From Candidatus Latescibacterota bacterium (lineage in GTDB: Bacteria > Latescibacterota > UBA2968), in contig OZ242010.1 in NCBI GenBank assembly GCA_965204745.1, positions 3,659,767 to 3,723,766 of the forward strand: a stretch of 64,000 nt of DNA, in the 5' to 3' direction. Positions 61,905 through 64,000 of the stretch are shown piece by piece. Position numbers and translations under genes: made by a program. Within the stretch, counting starts at the first letter, position 1. Every line of letters begins with the position of its first letter. A model generated the notes under the pieces. The model made no database searches and was not told the DNA's origin. It was given only the letters and a program-made list of their open reading frames with translations.

Positions 61905-62798
61905 ATGGCAAATTCGGATTACAAGATCGGCGTCGTAGGCGTGGGACGGATGGGGGCGAATATCGCGCGCCATCTCAACGACGATGGGTTTTCGGTCGTG
62001 GCGATTTACGACCTGCTCTTCGAAACCGCGTTGGGCATTGCCAGCGAGGTCCGCGGCCGGGCGCACACCGAACTCGCGGCTGTGACAAATTCGGCAGATT
62101 ATATCATCACTGTGGTGACAGACGACGACGCGATGCGGCGCATTTACACCACAGCAGGCGACAACCTGTTGCAAGGTGCAACGGGCAAGGTGTTTATCAA
62201 CTGCGCGACTGTCACGCCGCGGGTTCACGTAGAGATCGAACGCCTCGCCGAGCAAGCGGGCGCGAGCAGTTTGGAAGGTTGCATGGCCAGCAGCATTACC
62301 CAAGCGCGGGAAGGCACGCTCTATTTGATGTGCGGGGGCAAGCGGGCGGTCTTTGATCAGGCGCGTCCGATCCTCGAATCGATGAGCGCGAATTTGATCT
62401 ACGTCGGCGAAGCGGGCCGAGCCGCTCAGGTCAAAGCCCTCGTCAATATGGTGATGAATATCAACACCGCGGGACTGGCAGAGGGTTTGGGACTGGGTGC
62501 CGCGCTCGGCTTGGATTTGAATGTGCTCATGGAGGTATTCTCGCAAACCGGGGCAAATTCCCGCGTGCTCGAGACCGATGGCGAGGATATGGTGAGCCGC
62601 GACCACGAGTGCTATTTCTCTGCGGATCACGCGGCAAAAGATTCGGGAATCGCCCTCTCGCTGGCCGATGACGCGGGCCTCAATCTGCCACTGGCAAAAG
62701 CGACAAAAGCCCAATTTGATCTCTTGAAGGCAAAAGACAAGGGCGACTTGGACAAATCGGCCGTTGCGGAATTGACTTTCCCGGGGCGAGATGATTAG
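61905..62798 (+). CDS. NAD(P)-dependent beta-hydroxyacid dehydrogenase (3-hydroxyisobutyrate dehydrogenase family)
   Basis: N-terminal KIGVVGVGRMGANIA Rossmann fold. HIBADH-family catalytic region. Confidence 0.8.
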   Translation: MANSDYKIGVVGVGRMGANIARHLNDDGFSVVAIYDLLFETALGIASEVRGRAHTELAAVTNSADYIITVVTDDDAMRRIYTTAGDNLLQGATGKVFINCATVTPRVHVEIERLAEQAGASSLEGCMASSITQAREGTLYLMCGGKRAVFDQARPILESMSANLIYVGEAGRAAQVKALVNMVMNINTAGLAEGLGLGAALGLDLNVLMEVFSQTGANSRVLETDGEDMVSRDHECYFSADHAAKDSGIALSLADDAGLNLPLAKATKAQFDLLKAKDKGDLDKSAVAELTFPGRDD

Positions 62799-63099
62799 AC
62801 GGTGGCAAATGACATGGACAAGAAAACGCTCTCGGTCACATCGCTGTTTGAACGATGAAGCGGTGGTAGGGGTGTAGGGAGTAACCGCGCAATCCCAACC
62901 GCAGGATATAAGACGGGGCTAACGCACACGGCAGGGCGGAGATGGGCTGGGCACGCACGGGTGGCGGCGCGGTGAGGCCGCACGGGCGGTTGGGGGCGCG
63001 GAGGGGATAGGGAAAATCACTTGACATCGCGAGAGGGATTGGAGATTATTTATTTTCTTCCGCAAGTTGTTCAAACAATGACACATCAGGAGGTGCCCC

Positions 63100-64000
63100 A
63101 TGGCAGAATACGATACGATTCCCAAGCAGTTGATTCGCATCTACCCGCAAGACCTCATCCGCTTGGCTCTCGGACGCGAGGATGTCGAAATTGAAGTTGA
63201 AGAAATTCTCGACACCGAACTCCCCAGGGTTGAAACGCGCCTGGTCGATAGCCTCCTTCGCGTGCGGATCGATGGCAAGGAAGCCTTGGTTCACATCGAA
63301 TTTCAAACCGCCGACAGCGCGGATATGGCTATTCGCCTGGCTTCCTATATCATCCGACTCATCGAGCAGTATGGCTTGCCGGTCTATTCCTTTGTCATCT
63401 ACCTGCGTCCCAATGCCGGGCACCGCGATAAAGGATACTACACGCAAGAACTTCCCGGTCATCGCGTCTTTGTCGAGTACAAGGTGCTTCGGTTGAGCGA
63501 GATGGACGGGCGAGGCATTCTTGAAGGCGGTCAGGCAGGCTTGCTTCCTTTCGCGCCATTGATGAAGCCGCCTGTGGGGATGGGTTCCGAGGATTGGTTG
63601 CGCGAGTGTGTTCGCAAGAGCGATTCGGTTTCGTTGGATCAAGCAGACAAGGCGAATTATTTGAGTAGCTTGGCGGTCTTGAGTGGGTTGGCGTACGATC
63701 CAAGCACCATCACGCGGATTCTTTCACAGGAGGGTCTTATGGACGCGATTATGCGTGAGTCATCGTTTGCCCAGTACCTCGAGGAACGCGGCATCGAGCG
63801 CGGCATCGAGCAGGGAATCGAGCAGGGAATCGAGCAAGGGGGTAGAGAACATACCATTGACGCTATCCTCGACGTGTTGGAGGTTCGTTTTGATCCGGCC
63901 GTTGCCGGTCAGTTCGCCGGTCGTATTGCGGTTATCGACGATTTGCAACGGCTCAAGCGGTTGCTTCGCTCGGCAGTGCAAGTGGATGATCTGGCGGCCT
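63100..64000 (+). CDS. Rpn-family recombination-promoting nuclease / putative transposase (PD-(D/E)XK, C-terminal DUF4351), 3' end beyond the window
   Basis: GGAGG RBS then ATG 63100. VHIEFQ core motif. C-terminal ERGIERGIEQGIEQGIEQG repeats typical of Rpn/YhgA-like proteins. No stop before 64000. Confidence 0.6.
   Translation, partial: MAEYDTIPKQLIRIYPQDLIRLALGREDVEIEVEEILDTELPRVETRLVDSLLRVRIDGKEALVHIEFQTADSADMAIRLASYIIRLIEQYGLPVYSFVIYLRPNAGHRDKGYYTQELPGHRVFVEYKVLRLSEMDGRGILEGGQAGLLPFAPLMKPPVGMGSEDWLRECVRKSDSVSLDQADKANYLSSLAVLSGLAYDPSTITRILSQEGLMDAIMRESSFAQYLEERGIERGIEQGIEQGIEQGGREHTIDAILDVLEVRFDPAVAGQFAGRIAVIDDLQRLKRLLRSAVQVDDLAA

Noticed and set aside
63046-63642. 198-aa minus-strand ORF
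   Set aside because: The plus strand encodes an Rpn-family protein with an RBS and conserved motifs. The minus ORF is its shadow.

Overview
GC-rich bacterial chromosomal segment, probably from an uncultured environmental lineage. It carries many sulfatase, PhyH-dioxygenase and Gfo/Idh/MocA genes, a dockerin-domain surface protein, and a TonB-dependent receptor with an N-terminal carboxypeptidase-regulatory-like domain. About 60 protein-coding genes are supportable. Housekeeping operons: bioA-bioD-THUMP methyltransferase, rimO-psd-rluA, folA, lgt, cysS, a cysteine desulfurase, two divergent ferritins, and an iron-uptake operon (porin, imelysin, DUF1111 di-heme cytochrome c, TonB-dependent receptor, PepSY-TM protein). 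Accessory content: two convergent operons totalling five PhyH-family dioxygenase paralogues plus two signal-peptide-less sulfatases; one complete IS5-family element and one truncated copy that interrupts a gene; two MITE families with terminal inverted repeats; a very unusual density of heptanucleotide tandem arrays (CTGACAA/CTGACTA/CTGACCA, CAAGAGG, GTGAGAC) and GC-rich hairpin modules in almost every intergenic region. A low-GC islet carries a RelB-like antitoxin overlapping an orphan Dam-like methyltransferase and a second beta-class methyltransferase, inserted at a decapitated pckA. A low-GC defence-like islet carries a GmrSD (DUF262-DUF1524) type IV restriction enzyme, a TPR-like protein and an AAA_21-type ATPase. 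Immediately upstream of GmrSD is an ArsC/Spx-family gene with an in-frame UGA at the catalytic-Cys position (U-x-x-C) followed by a SECIS-like hairpin, i.e. a candidate selenoprotein that six-frame ORF calling splits. No rRNA, tRNA or CRISPR array was recognised.
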